Part shown: one piece after another, positions 49,631 to 64,000 of the stretch
Position numbering within the stretch: the first letter of the stretch is position 1
Layout: each line of letters begins with the position of its first letter
From: the human T2T-CHM13v2.0 reference genome, Homo sapiens
DNA length: 64,000 nucleotides
Direction: 5' to 3' (one strand)
NCBI RefSeq assembly: GCF_009914755.1
Contig: NC_060930.1
Translations under genes and position numbers: made by a program
The notes under the pieces: generated by a model
Databases searched by the model: none
What the model saw: the letters and a program-made list of their open reading frames with translations, nothing else
Told to the model about the DNA's origin: nothing

Positions 49631-51215
49631 CATGAGAAAACTTGTTCAAATTTCTTTGTGCATAAAGATACCTTCTGACTAATTTAGCTGCACACCCGTT
49701 CATTTCACTTTCTCCTTGCCATTTTTATTCTCTTTTCAGCATTTGATGCTGTCATGAGTTGGGAAAACTGAGAGCACTGCCTACTCCCCCACCAACACTC
49801 TGTGCTGCTTATCACTCTCCTGATAGCAAGCCTCCTAATGAGGAAGCAGCCACAGCTGGCTTTTTGCATCACAGCTTGGGCCTTATATCAACTAGACTTA
49901 GCAGATACTTCTTTTGGAGCTGCCAATTCAAATATACTAGCATGCGTATGAATTGTGTTGTAACTGAAATCTCACCATCATTTTCCTAACCATGTGTCCA
50001 GGGACAGTCAGCTGGTGCTAGGGAGACTATGAAGAGACAGCTTTTTTTTATCTCTCTCTCTCTCTCTCTGCAAACAGGTTTCTGGGGGCAGAACCTACTG
50101 TGAGAGCACATTTCCAGACCAACAGGAACATCTGCACTCGCCTTGTGTAATACTAGCTTAGTATTGCATTTTACCCTTATTTTTGTGGTATTTCAATAGA
50201 AAACCTACATTTTTCACTTTCAGACATTCAGAAATAACACTAAAGTTGGCATGGATGTCCCAGTCTTCCTCCGTGTGGAGTCAGTCTAATACAATACTAG
50301 CACTGTACTAGTACTAGTTTTGGCCCCAGAGTTGAGGCCAAAAAAAATGATATTTTTGATTTGACAGATTGTGGTTCTTTATGCTATAAGAACAATGGAT
50401 TGGTTAACTTTCAGAATGTCGTTGGTTACAGAACATATCTTTACACTAAACTGTCTCTGTCTTTCTCCGATTTCATCTTTCTCTCAATGCCCTTACACTG
50501 TCCCATGCATACACATCATTTCAAATGACTAGTCTCTCCCTTCCAGAGATTGATGTTACTATCTAATTATAGATGCTTAGAAAACTAACAACGGTAGACA
50601 TCTTTCCCATGTATGCATTCAAATCTGTGCTTAAGAAACAGCATTTTCAGGCAATGGACTTCTTCATCTTTTGTCACCAATTTCTAGTTCATTTAATTGA
50701 CAGATATTTATGAACTGCATATTCTAAGCCAGACACCGTGGCAAGCAAGAAAAGGCCACACCCTACCATCATCAAACTAGTTGATAAAAGATGAGTTGGG
50801 AGCCCTTAGTTCCATTTCCATTTAGTTAAATGTCCATTTATTAGGGTTTTTAATGGATTATCCTAATTATGATTCATGTAACTACTGCTTGTTCACTTTG
50901 TAAATTTATAAATCTCCATGCAAATATGAGTGATTAATTGTGTCAATAACTCTAAAAGCAACAGTAAGATAAAGAGGACATTCATTGCAGCTGCTGCTGT
51001 CTGTTTTGTATTCATTTCTCTCTCCCTTCCTCTACCTTCTCCTCTTTTGAGGTTGCAGAAATTTAAGAAAAATTAAAGTTTCTTTAACCTCCATTATGGT
51101 GACTATGATTATTGTTGCATTGCCTGAGAATGTGAGAGTGATACTTTGTGGATCACATGATTTAAATTGGTAAAATTCACAATTATACTCAGATATAGTA
51201 CTTTGTTAAAAAGTG

Positions 51216-51490
51216 GAATCCTAGCACTTTGCAAGGCTGAGGTGGGAGGGTTGTTTGAGACTGGGAGTTTGAGATCAACCTGGGCAACATAGTGAGACCC
51301 TTGTCTCTACAAAAAAACAAAACCAAAATTAGCTGGACATACATGGTGGCACATGCCTGCAGTCCCAGTGGCTTGGGAGACTGAGGTGGTAAGATCACTT
51401 AAGCTCGGGAGGTCACGGTTGCAGTGAGCCATGACTGTGCCACTGTACTCCAGCATGGCTGACAGGGCAAGACCCTGTCTCAAAAAAAAA
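51216..51490 (+). mobile_element. AluJ, 5'-truncated
   Basis: Dimeric Alu whose tail runs into the L1. Confidence 0.9.
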
Positions 51491-51947
51491 GACTTGGAAC
51501 CAACCCAAATGGCCATCAATAATAGACTCGATAAAGAAAATGTGGCACATATAAACCATGGAATACAACGCAGCCATAAAAATAATGAGTTCATGTCCTT
51601 CACAGGAACATGGATGAAGCTGGAAACCATCATCCTCAGCAAACTAATGTAGGAACAGAAAACCAAATGCTGCATGTTCTCACTCATAAGTGGGAGTTGA
51701 ACAATGAGAACACATGGACACAAGGAGGGTAACATCACACACACTAGGGCCTGTCAGGGGGTGGGGGTAGGGGGGCAAAGGGAAGGAGAGCATTAGAACA
51801 AATACCTAATGCATGCAGGACATAAAATATAGATGATAGGTTGATAGGTGCAGCAAACCACCATGGCACATGTATAACTCTGTAACAAATCTGCATGTTC
51901 AGCACATATATCTCAGAACTTAAAGCAAAATAAAATAAAATAAAATA
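51488..51947 (+). mobile_element. L1PA7/8-like 3' end
   Basis: aaagacttggaaccaacccaaatg...acaaatacctaatgcatgc...(taaaa)n tail. Confidence 0.92.
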
Positions 51948-54499
51948 GGTATCAAGATTTTATAGATATCAAGTTAATTTCATGATTGCAGTTAGATGGT
52001 TCAGATAATTCTAGCTTTGACCTTTTAGATTCTCAGAAAGAATGAAAGTCACTAAGGACACCTTTTGGGAGACAGCTTGCCTATTCAGGACAACACCTAA
52101 ATGTCTTCCTATAGTTAAGAGTAAGTATGTATTTCAGCAACTAAGTTTAAATAAGGTTTTTTTATTGTTTGAGTAACTTTTTCTAAGTTCAAGTAACATT
52201 TTCTTTACTTATTGTACAAGTTTCTCAGGATAATTTGACCTGAAAACATTATGAACTAGCTACATCACTCAAACATATTCAGAATACCCCTTCTTACTAT
52301 TTGGATATAATTTGAGCAAACTGTGGGCTGGATAGGAACAAGTTAAGGGTGCAAGGACTCCCAGTCCCACCAGTGGATGATTTTCTGTTTCTATGTCTTC
52401 CTTGCCCCAAGTATTTGGTAATAGAGGAAGAGAAATTCATTTGCCAAAAAGAGATGTTTGTGGATGTTGGAAAATAATCTTTTTAGTGATATTTCACTTG
52501 GAGTTTTATTTCCCTTACAGAGGACTATAAATAATCTCTCCCACATTCCCTATGAGGGTTATAGTCAGTCCCGTTCACCAACAGAGGAAGGAGGCAACCT
52601 TATGATATATTTTCAAATTCCCAAATGATCAACTGCTCAAAAACAGTCCCCCCACAGTAACAGAAAAACCTAGCACTGAATGGGACTCTTGGATGTGGTT
52701 AAGTGTTATGTATCCAAGAGGCATCTGCTGATAAAAAAAAATAGCAGCCAAATAGAAACAAATATTAGATGAGGAAGCTCAATAGTTTAGCCTATTTAAT
52801 ATGTGTTTTTACCCATTTTTTTTGCATTCCTGGATTAGTCATTCTGCTCAACAGGCCTCGGGGACTGGGATCTTGAAAAATAAGTTGCAATAATGAAAAA
52901 AGATGGGGACTATTAAAAGTATGGAGCACTTTTATGATGCAGAATTTCTTGGTATTGAGTTTGCACTCCAGAAAGCTACAAATACTAAAAATTCATTCAC
53001 TACCAGACACATGGAGATGTCTTGGGTATTGTCTCTTGCATACATAACAGCTCTGCGGTCTCCCAAGAGACCATCAAGGTGACATTGACCTTGGTGCATC
53101 CAAAGTCTTATCTGAGAAAATAAATTCTGCAAGTTACTCTGAGATAAAATATTTTTGGAGTCAAATAAGTTTATCTATATATCATATACCACTATTAAAG
53201 ACTCAAACATGATATATATAACATGTTATGGGATCTAAGAAGATATAAATTAAATAATCCTGTTTAACCTTTGTTTCTCACAGTAGGACTTCTCTTCTTT
53301 GAAACATTTAATATCCTGTGGGTTTACTTTGGGAAATAGGACTTATGTGAATTTACTTTCTGGTCTTTTGTCAATATTTATAAAGTACAGTCTATAAGCC
53401 AAACTACTTTTTTATGATGAGGGGACTGAGCTAACAATATGACATAGTTATTCAATGAAAAATCTGGAATTCATACTCTGGATATTTGGTGCCAAAGTCC
53501 AGACTTTTGATGATTACATATCCAAGGTCTAATTTTCAACATTAAATTTTAAGAAACTTAATTCTGTTCATAGTCGTGGGATGCTTCATCTTTAGGCTTA
53601 GAGGAACATGAGACAAAATCCACAGATTAATGTTTCAAACCAGAATGAGTACTTTATAATTTACAATAAGAAATTGCCACCATACAGAGTAGAACACTCA
53701 AAGAGCATCATTTACATTCTTTCTATAGGTAGAGACATATGGGAAGCCAGAACACATTTAAAATGTTGCAGGATGAGAATGAAATCACAACAATTGATCA
53801 CTGTTTCTCATACTGTGCTTCAGGGACTTGCACTTGTGGGGAAATAATGTGCCTTGGAATTCCTTCATTATTGACAGAGTGTCAAGTTTTCCCATAAAAT
53901 TATCATCAGTAGCAGGGAGATTGCACCACAATGAAAAACTAAGAATATGTGCCTATTCACTTTCCCTTCTAAAAGCCAATGAAAATATATAACAATTAAT
54001 TTATTCAATGAATAAATCCATAAGTATGGAGAAGCTATATAGAATGTCATTAGAAAACCAAAACCATTATGAAATTTCCAAAATATAAAAAGCAAACATA
54101 AATGGATAAATGAAAAGTAAAACAATAGGAAAACAAAATACAAAACATGATCTGAATACTTCTGAGGTAGTGATATTTCCTGTTGGAGAAACCATCCTGT
54201 TGGTCAGGATGATTTCACTGGTGAGCTGTATCTCGTGCACCTAGAGTAACTAAACTCTAGTAACTCCCTCTTTTCCCTTACTTGATCAAGCAGTGGTTTG
54301 TGTGTCCCTTGGTCACAAGATGAAGCAGGAAACCAGATCAGGGTCCACAGAACAGAATTGTAAAATCAAGACAAGGAGTTATTGATTTCCAAGAAAGACA
54401 AAGTTGCCTCTACCCATAAAACAATTTAAGTCACATCCCAAATTTACCACAGCCCTGCTCTTTCTTTTTCAGTAAACATCAGGGGCAAGCAGTAATCAT

Positions 54500-55383
<884 letters not shown>

Positions 55384-57892
55384 TCTCCCAGCTGAAAGTT
55401 TATTTTCAGAAAGTTTCATATATTAAGTTGGGATTGGTGGCTATAGAGAGAATTGGCTTAGAGATTGTGAGATAAGATATTGGTGAAGAAAAACAAAAGC
55501 ATGGATTAGGACCAGCAGCCAAATCTTCTTGAATCAAACTCAGTCTTGAGAATATGAGAATCTGTCAGGTCAGTTAAATAGTTGAGTCTCATTCCAAGAG
55601 TTAAACAGTTGAGTCCCATTCCAGGAGGTGGCATTGCAGATGAAAACACAAAGCTAGGCATCTATATATGATTTATGCAAACAGATCTTTAAGGGGAATT
55701 TCTATAGAAATAGAAGAAGAAGAAAAAAAGGTTAATGTCTGGAGTAGCCTATAAAGTAGTTTTTCTAGAGTCTCTGAAGCATCTTTAGTTGGATTGGGCA
55801 GGCAGTGGCAAACTGACAGATGTTCTTAGGTTGTAATTTCAGTCAAGTGTTCTAGTAAACTTTCTGCATAATTCATAAGTCAATAGGCGTGAAGGCTGCT
55901 TATAAGTTGCTATAACAATTTCTCCCAACATTTATGTCAAGTTGTCTAGTTTCAGTTTGTAGGGCTTTAAGAGAAGCAGTTTTAATCTCTAGTGATTTTA
56001 AGTCAGAAGGGTAGGAGAAAAGTTGGAAATGTTAATCTGGAGAGTCACAGCCAGATACTGGAGGAAACTAAAAATTTAGGATTTAGTCTAGATTTCAGAT
56101 AAATAATAAAATTTCATTTTAAAAAGCCACAATGAGCTGGAATCTCATTACAAATGTACTATAGGTTTTTTTTTTTTTTTGACACATAGTTTTTCTCTCC
56201 TTAGTCTCTCACTTCTACTTCTACCAAAGATAAATTATAGTAAGACTAATTTATTTGCAAAATAAATTTTAGTCTTATTATACTTGTCCTGATTATTTGT
56301 ATAAAGTGCAGCAAGAATAGTACTTGTCATATAGATTATTTTTAAGTTAGCTTTACGGAACTTTTTCATAAGGACTTTTGAATTAGACTTTGGAAAACTT
56401 CTAAAGGCTTAGGAGCCAAACCAAAGACAGTGTCTGTAATATCTGTATGAATTGGGTGAATTCTTCTTAAGGTCCTCAAAATATCTTGAGTTTCCTGGGC
56501 CTGTCACATTCTTTACTTACTGCAAGGTCAGAAACTATGTAAAGGAACTATATAGACAAAGTATCAGGTTAATCTTTCTCCAAGTCTATTGGCTTTATAA
56601 AGTCAAGCTGAACACCTCAAAGCAGCCTGGTCACATTTGAAAATATGACATTCCAGTCAAAGCTTTGGTAAAATAACAGTATCTCCAATTGTGACTTGTA
56701 ATAAAAGAAAAAAGATCTTTATTGAGCTCATACAAATATGTATACTGCCATAAAATAAGAATAATCCCAAACAATTTACAAATTCTGGAGGGATTAGGTA
56801 GTGAAAAAGGTAAACATTTCAATTTTACTCACAAAAGTATGATTCATCCAATTCCTGTAAGCTACAAATTGCATAAAATAAAAAAGTTTTCTTAACTCTA
56901 GAAAAGAAAACATTAAAAAATGAGCAACAGTTTAAACAAAAAAATATAAAAATCATTTCAATTATTCATCAGTTCAGTCCCACATATTTAATTCTTACTG
57001 TGCTTGATGCTAGGTTGGTAATTTTATGAGTCCTGTTTTCTAATTGGAGTTTTCAAAATTCTTACCTAGTCCAATTGTATGATCTTAAAGTTGTCAGAAA
57101 CCTGTATTTCAGGGTACTTTTTGTAGTCTTTTCCATAAACTTCCTTGAAGACACAATACTTTAGCATTTGCAAAAAGTTTTTAGGAAAAAAAGCATCAGA
57201 AGAAAGCAATTTACTGCAGACAAAAGGCTTAAAATGGCCATGGTTAGAGATGCAATTGACAAACTCCTTTAGTTATTTTCTGTGGCCTACAATTTAATAT
57301 ATCAGATTTTTAAGAATCTCATACAATTTTGGAACACATTTATGCAAATATAATGCAAAGAAGAGTCAACATTATTACTTTTTGGACAATGCTTCCCATA
57401 TAACTTAACATATCAAATAAATATGTTTACTATCTCTTTTTCAGATGCCTCAGGGGCTGTCTGTAACATCCCAAAGTAAGTTTGAGGTCAAAAAGACTTA
57501 ATTTTGATTTGTGAAATTTGATTTTGAGAAGCCTGTCAAATATGTCAAAGGCTTAAAATACTTGACCAAAATAGGATCACAAATCACTGTAAAATAACAG
57601 TCATTCATTTAGCCACAGTGATAATGAAAAGGTTTCAGAAAGCAAAAATCTTCACCAAGAGAAGAGACTCAGTTCCCAAATAATCAAAAGACATAACAAA
57701 ATCAGCATCAGACATACAGTCTCTGTTTCCTTTTCTCTCTCCCCACTGTTTTTTGAGTTTACTCAAAGGATGTACCACAATCTTTTACTATTTCTTTTTA
57801 ATACTATATAAAATTCTTATTAAAAATCAAACTCTAGTTTTTCATTAGTGACTTTTGCTATTAAGCCTCAACCTAAAAACTCTTTTAATAAA

Positions 57893-58031
57893 GCAATCCC
57901 ATTGCTAGGTATCTATAAAAAGAAAGGAAATTAGTGTCTCAAAGAAATATCTTCAGGCCCATGTTTATTGCAATACTACTCACAACAACCAAGATTTAGA
58001 AACAACCTAAGTGTCCATTAAGAGATGAACG
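57893..58031 (+). mobile_element. Short internal L1 fragment within the ERV
   Basis: gcaatcccattgctaggtatc...catgtttattgcaatactactcacaa...caacctaagtgtccat. Confidence 0.8.
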
Positions 58032-59324
58032 AAGATTTAATGTTAATGAATATTTAGTCACACAAAATTTAGAAATTCCCTTTCCCTAACTTTCTGTATC
58101 CATTTCCCCAACTTTTCAAAGTAGAAATCTATGTCATTTTTTTCTTCGCTGAGAAACAAAACTATTTTTTTAACAAACACACATCTTCATGCATTTATAA
58201 CTTTCCTCAACAAAAGCATATCTTGCTTCTCTCATACACTTTGCATATAAAATTATTTCTCTTATTTTAATACTCTTAATTACATATAATAATTTAAATT
58301 TTGACTTTTGGTAGCTCTAATTTCTAGTGAAAACCTAGAAAGTAATTTTGAGCTGTTTCATATTTTCAGATGAATTGCATTTCATAATTTTTTATAAAAA
58401 TGTTTTCTCAATTTTTCATTAATTAACAGATCTAAGTTTAGCTTTATGATATAAAACGATGTCAAAGTATATAAACAAACATATTAATAACTAATGTTTT
58501 AGTATTTAACTTACAAATGACTCAGACATTTTATGATTATTACTTAATTTAACATAACATGACTTTAATATTTTAAATTACTGAAAATAATTTTGAAACT
58601 ATGACAGAGGTACCCTCCCAAATATTTTTTCTAGTCATCTTGGGTTTCAAGTACCCACAAAAGGCATCATCGAGGATGGCTGTGAAAGGCAGGACCCACC
58701 TGGGTTCTGAATTCACACACCAGGTGTGGAGCTCAGAACAGAAGACAGAGCTGTGAAGATGGCAGCTGGTGACCCAGGTGCTGTAGACACACCTCTCCAT
58801 GGCCACCTGTCCAGATCTGAGAATCCAGAGGCTCAAAAACAAAGACATAAGCTCACAGAAAGATGTGTGCAAGGCTTCAGGGGAGCCCAGCAGGCAGCCC
58901 TTACAGCTTCAGCTTATGGAAAAACCAAACAAATATAAAAAAATTACAGAGGCAACAGTTTCATGATCTTAAGACTGCTAACAGGGGAAGCCAAAATCTG
59001 ATCAATAGTCCCACGCAAAAAATTTTAAATTATTTTTAGTACTGAAAATTCTAAAGACATTTTATTTTACCAACAATTTTTAAATTAGCTGTATTTACCA
59101 AAGATTATCTCAAATTATATAGAAATATCATGTATACTTAATACACATAGACATGTAGTCCTATAGCTACTCAGACAGAAGCCGATCTTCTAGGTTTGGA
59201 TAAGATTCTTTACTTGCCAGCTTCCAAAGAGTGTTTCTTTTCCTCATTTAGACCATAACTATTCTGATGACCTGTTTTATTGCTCTAAGTAGTTGTTAAC
59301 TAGGCAACCCTACATTTGTACTTC

Positions 59325-59639
<315 letters not shown>

Positions 59640-60418
59640 ACATGTGTACTTCCAAAGGGATGACTCTTAGGTGAAACAAAGTAGAAATTTATATCTCAAA
59701 GACACAGAGCTTAGATCTAAATATCATTTTTTTGCCAAGACAAAGAACGGCATAGGTAAAGGCCTAGTTAAGGCATGATATTCAGGAAAAGTATCTTAAA
59801 CAAAAGTAAGATAGTTTTTTATGTAAACGTTTAAGTCAATATCTTTCTCATGTAAAAATTTCTGGTGGTTTAGGTACAGAGGAGGAAGATGCCATTTCAA
59901 ATAAAGATTTTCTTTTTAGGTGTAAATTTCTTTTACAAAGAGTTTAAAAATAGCCAAATGCCAGAAAGTTGTACTTTGGAGACCAATTTAGTTGGGAGGT
60001 GACTTTAATTTAGATTCTGTGTCTTAATTGGATATGCAATTTAAGGCGGAGCCCATTAATGAATAAAGCTAAACCAACTCCTGACCCCTAGGGCTCTGTG
60101 AGGTGAACAAGGGACCCAAGAAATGGCCAGTGGCACCTTGATTGTGTTCCTCAAGAGGTCTCACAGTCACTGGAAGTCTCTTTTAGACCCTTTATGTGAT
60201 AACTAGAACTCTCATATTTGTTCTTACTAATTCTTATCCATTAACCATTGAATGGAGAAAGTAGGGGTTTGCAGGGTAACTTATCAGTGATTAAAGGAAA
60301 CTGGATGGGAAATTGAAGGTGGCAGAATGGGGGACAGAAGTAAATGAAAGAATGAGTCCTAGAGGAGCCAGTCTGGGGAGATCTTAAGCTTTCCAAAAGG
60401 ACTAATGGAATTTTGCAC

Positions 60419-60422
<4 letters not shown>

Positions 60423-60468
<46 letters not shown>
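60423..60468. repeat. (TA)n microsatellite
   Basis: Read directly from the sequence. Confidence 0.97.
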
Positions 60469-60473
<5 letters not shown>

Positions 60474-61403
60474 CAAGATTATTGCCACCGGGAAAAGAAG
60501 TGGACCAAAGGGACTAAACATTTAAGAAGGGGTTTCAGTTGCCAAAAACACACAAACAAAGAAACATGGGGAAATAGGATCTAAAGGAAAACATAGAGGT
60601 TTTTTTTGTGTTTTTTTTTTTTTAATGGCCTAATACCAGCTTTTAATTAAGCTGACTTTTGACTCTTTTAAAACAAAATTAAATATCTAAGGAGCAAATA
60701 TTTTGTACTCTGAGCAGCCAGCCTTTCACTGGAGCAGAGGGAATGGGGGTGCTGGCTGTGGGAGCAGTGTCTCCCCCACCTCCACCCACCCCACTCCCTG
60801 CCACAAGACCCTGCTGACTGTGAGGAGTCTGCCTTGCCTGCTCACTAGTTCAGTTCCCAGTGGCAGTGGTAGCCATGTCTGTCAGGCTCAATATAGGAAA
60901 CAAGATAAATTGGGGAAAAAGTTGCTATCATACTCTAGATATAAACCAAAGTTTTAAACAAGAGGTATACCTAAACAAATGACTCAAAGCCAAAACAAGC
61001 ATATGTGAGACTGATAACATAAGGCCCTTTATGGCTTTAACCAATGCCTTTCCCAAGATTCAGACCATTCCCGATGACAGCTCAAAGAAAGGAAAGTTTT
61101 ATTAGCCAAATGAGGTACATCCCACATTTCTGTCCAGTTGTATTCTATAGGGTCTCAGATTCTCAGATGACTGTCTACTCACACATACTCCATTACCAGT
61201 GTGCCCCATAGACAGAAGATTAAAAGAGAAAGTCAGTAAGACAGGAGATCAAAAACTTTTTCCTGGGGGTAGAAAGAATTGCAAATTGGTACCCAAAATA
61301 GTCAAGAGTTATACAAATATACATCCAAAGCAAGTAATTCAAACTAACTTTTATAAACGTTTCTTTCCTGACCCAACGGAATCTACTTAAGAATTTATTG
61401 TAG

Positions 61404-61901
<498 letters not shown>

Positions 61902-62880
61902 AAACTTTGTTGTAAATCTGATTTATACGCTCTTTTTGATATTGCCAAGGGAGTTTCTGAGGCTGTATTCCAATAAAACAGCTGTTTAAGATGAGAGCTC
62001 TCTAAATAGTATTCTTTCATATATAGTCAGCTTATTTGTTTCATAAGTGATTCAAGCCAATGAGCCTGTTTTCATACAAAGTCCCAGAGGTAACTTTTAA
62101 GATTTTGAATACCATGGACATGAGTGGATTTTTAAAAGTGGGTGCAGAAGATGTAGCCCCCCCAAAAAGTTTTCTCAAAAATTCACTCCAAGAAATAAGC
62201 TAAGATAGTGAAACACTCTTGTTGCCACAGATGGTTAAGGATAGTGTTTGCACATATGGTGTCTTCAGTATTCCATGAATTTATGGAGGGTTGGCAGTCA
62301 TAGAACCATTAAATCTGACACCCAGTAGGCCCTCCTAGGATTGAACTTTCCCAGGATTAGCCAGGCAACAAGGGTTGAGACAACAGAAACCTTTCATGGA
62401 TGGGATTTCTTATAAAGACAAACTCCTGTGAGAACTTAGCCCATTCAGAAGACAGAAGGTGCTGCTTAATATCTGATGACTCTGTTCCCAGTCCTTTCAC
62501 ACTGGCCACTGGAAAGAACCTGAAAATCAGGTCCCCCAAATGGCAGAGACCAGTAAAGAGTGCTGCCACTTGGTCACAAGCCAAGCTATCAGGAATGTAG
62601 AACAAGATGAGAATGACTCTATGACAAATGACACAGAAAGAGACAAAGGAAAAAATAAAGACTATTTCTGGAAGGAAAAGATTCAGACAGTATGAAGATT
62701 CATATCAAAAAATTACATGACAGTTGGTACACTTAAGGCTAGTCTGCATAAATGCTTTTCACTTGTTAATCTTAAATTTGGAAAAAGAAAAAGAGACAAA
62801 TAGTGATTTATTTATTTATTTATTTTGTACCATTCCTTGATGGGTTCCACAGGCTAACACCTGGGAATATGAGTGGTAAG

Positions 62881-63331
62881 TGTCAGGCCTCTGAACCCAA
62901 GCTAAGCCATCATATCCCTTGTGACCTACATGTATACATCCAGATAGCCTGAAGTAACTGAAAAATCTCAAAAGAAGTGAAAATGGCCTGTTCCTGCCTT
63001 AACTGATGACAGTCCACCACAAAAGAAGTGAAAATGGCCAGTCCCTGCCTTAAGTGATGACATTACCATGTGAAATTCCTTCTCCTGGCTCATCCTGGCT
63101 CAAAAGCTTCCCAACTGAGCACCTTGTGAACCCCGCCCCTGCCAGCCAGAGAACAACCCCCTTTGACTGTAATTTTCCACTACCCACCCAAATCTTATAA
63201 AACAGCCACACCCCTATCTCCCTTCACTGAGTCTCTTTTCGGACTCAGCCCACCTGCACCCAGGTGATTAAAAAGCTTTACTGCTCACACAAAGCCTGTT
63301 TGGTGGTCTCTTCACATGGACGCGAGTGAAA
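62881..63331 (+). mobile_element. LTR7 (HERV-H 5' LTR)
   Basis: tgtcaggcctctgaacccaagctaagccatc start; duplicated aaaagaagtgaaaatggcc; TATA (ttataaaac); ATTAAA; ends gcgagtgaaa; 451 bp. Confidence 0.95.
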
Positions 63332-64000
63332 TTTGGTGCCGAAGACCCGGGTCAGAGGGACTTCTTCAGGAGATCAGCCCCCTGCCCTCACCCTCACTCC
63401 ATGAAGAGATCCGTCTACGACTTCTGGTCCTTAGACTAACCAGCCCAAGGAACATCTCACCAATTTTAAATAGGATAAGTGGCCTCTCTTTACTCTCTTC
63501 TCCAACCTCTCTCACTATCCCACAACCTCTTTCTCCTTTCAATCTTGGCAACATCTTTCAATCTCTCCCTTCTCTTAATTTCAGTTCCTTTCCTTTTCTG
63601 GTAGAGACAAAGAGATGCGTTTTATCTATGGACCCAAAACTCCAGCGCCAGTCATGGACTCGGGAAGACAGTCTTCCCTTGGTGTTTAATCACTGCAGGG
63701 ACGTCTGCCTGATTATTCACCCACATTTCATTGGTGTTTGATCACTGCAGGGATGCCTGCCTTGGTCATTCACCCACATTCCCTTGGTGGCAAGTCAATT
63801 GTGGGGATGCCTGCTTTGGCTGCTCACCCACACTGCAGCCCAGGGCTGCTCACCCAACCCTTTCTCTCCGTTTCTCTACCCTCTCTTCTCTCCACTTTCC
63901 TGGGGGGCAAGCATCCCCCAACCCTTTTCCACTTTCCTGGGGGGCAGGCACCCCCCACCCCTTCTCTCCATGTCTCTACCCTCTCTTTTCTCTGGACTTG
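63332..64000 (+). mobile_element. HERV-H internal leader, continues off the window end
   Basis: gggaagacagtcttcccttggtgtttaatcactgcagggacg repeats and ttcctggggggcaagcatcccccca. Confidence 0.92.
63334..63351 (+). other. Retroviral primer binding site, tRNA-Phe-like
   Basis: tggtgccgaagacccggg versus Phe PBS TGGTGCCGAAACCCGGGA (one extra base); the His PBS would be TGGTGCCGTGACTCGGAT. Confidence 0.75.

Noticed and set aside
51216-51947. AluJ-L1PA template-switch chimera
   Set aside because: The two subfamilies differ in age and there is no convincing shared TSD; L1 insertion into the Alu A-tail is simpler.

Overview
This is primate (very probably human) nuclear DNA: AT-rich, gene-poor and dominated by retroelements. 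It holds two long L1s, several truncated L1s, about ten Alus, ERV LTRs (MLT1, MER67-like, LTR8, LTR12, a MER34-type provirus, a HERV-H 5' end) and DNA transposon fossils (MER6, MER5, Charlie1a, an Hsmar1 TIR). I see no spliced protein-coding exon, and almost all listed ORFs are repeat remnants. The standout is at 36.9-37.8 kb. A 526-bp sense piece of mitochondrial 16S rRNA carries an intact humanin-like ORF, [24 protein letters not shown], which matches my recollection of MTRNR2L9/HN9 (6q11.1; verify by BLAT). It is fused through a GG microhomology to an AluS, and one 15-bp target-site duplication brackets both parts. This is the signature of an L1 template-switch chimera, i.e. an RNA-derived, retrotransposed NUMT. 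Other findings: an antisense SHLP4 read-through ORF, a candidate L1 3' transduction, an internally deleted 7SK 5' fragment, a HERV-H with a Phe-type primer binding site, an octamer-motif minisatellite next to LTR12, a perfect SETMAR site and several templated local duplications. Subfamily names and reference comparisons are from memory of consensus sequences, and boundaries are approximate.
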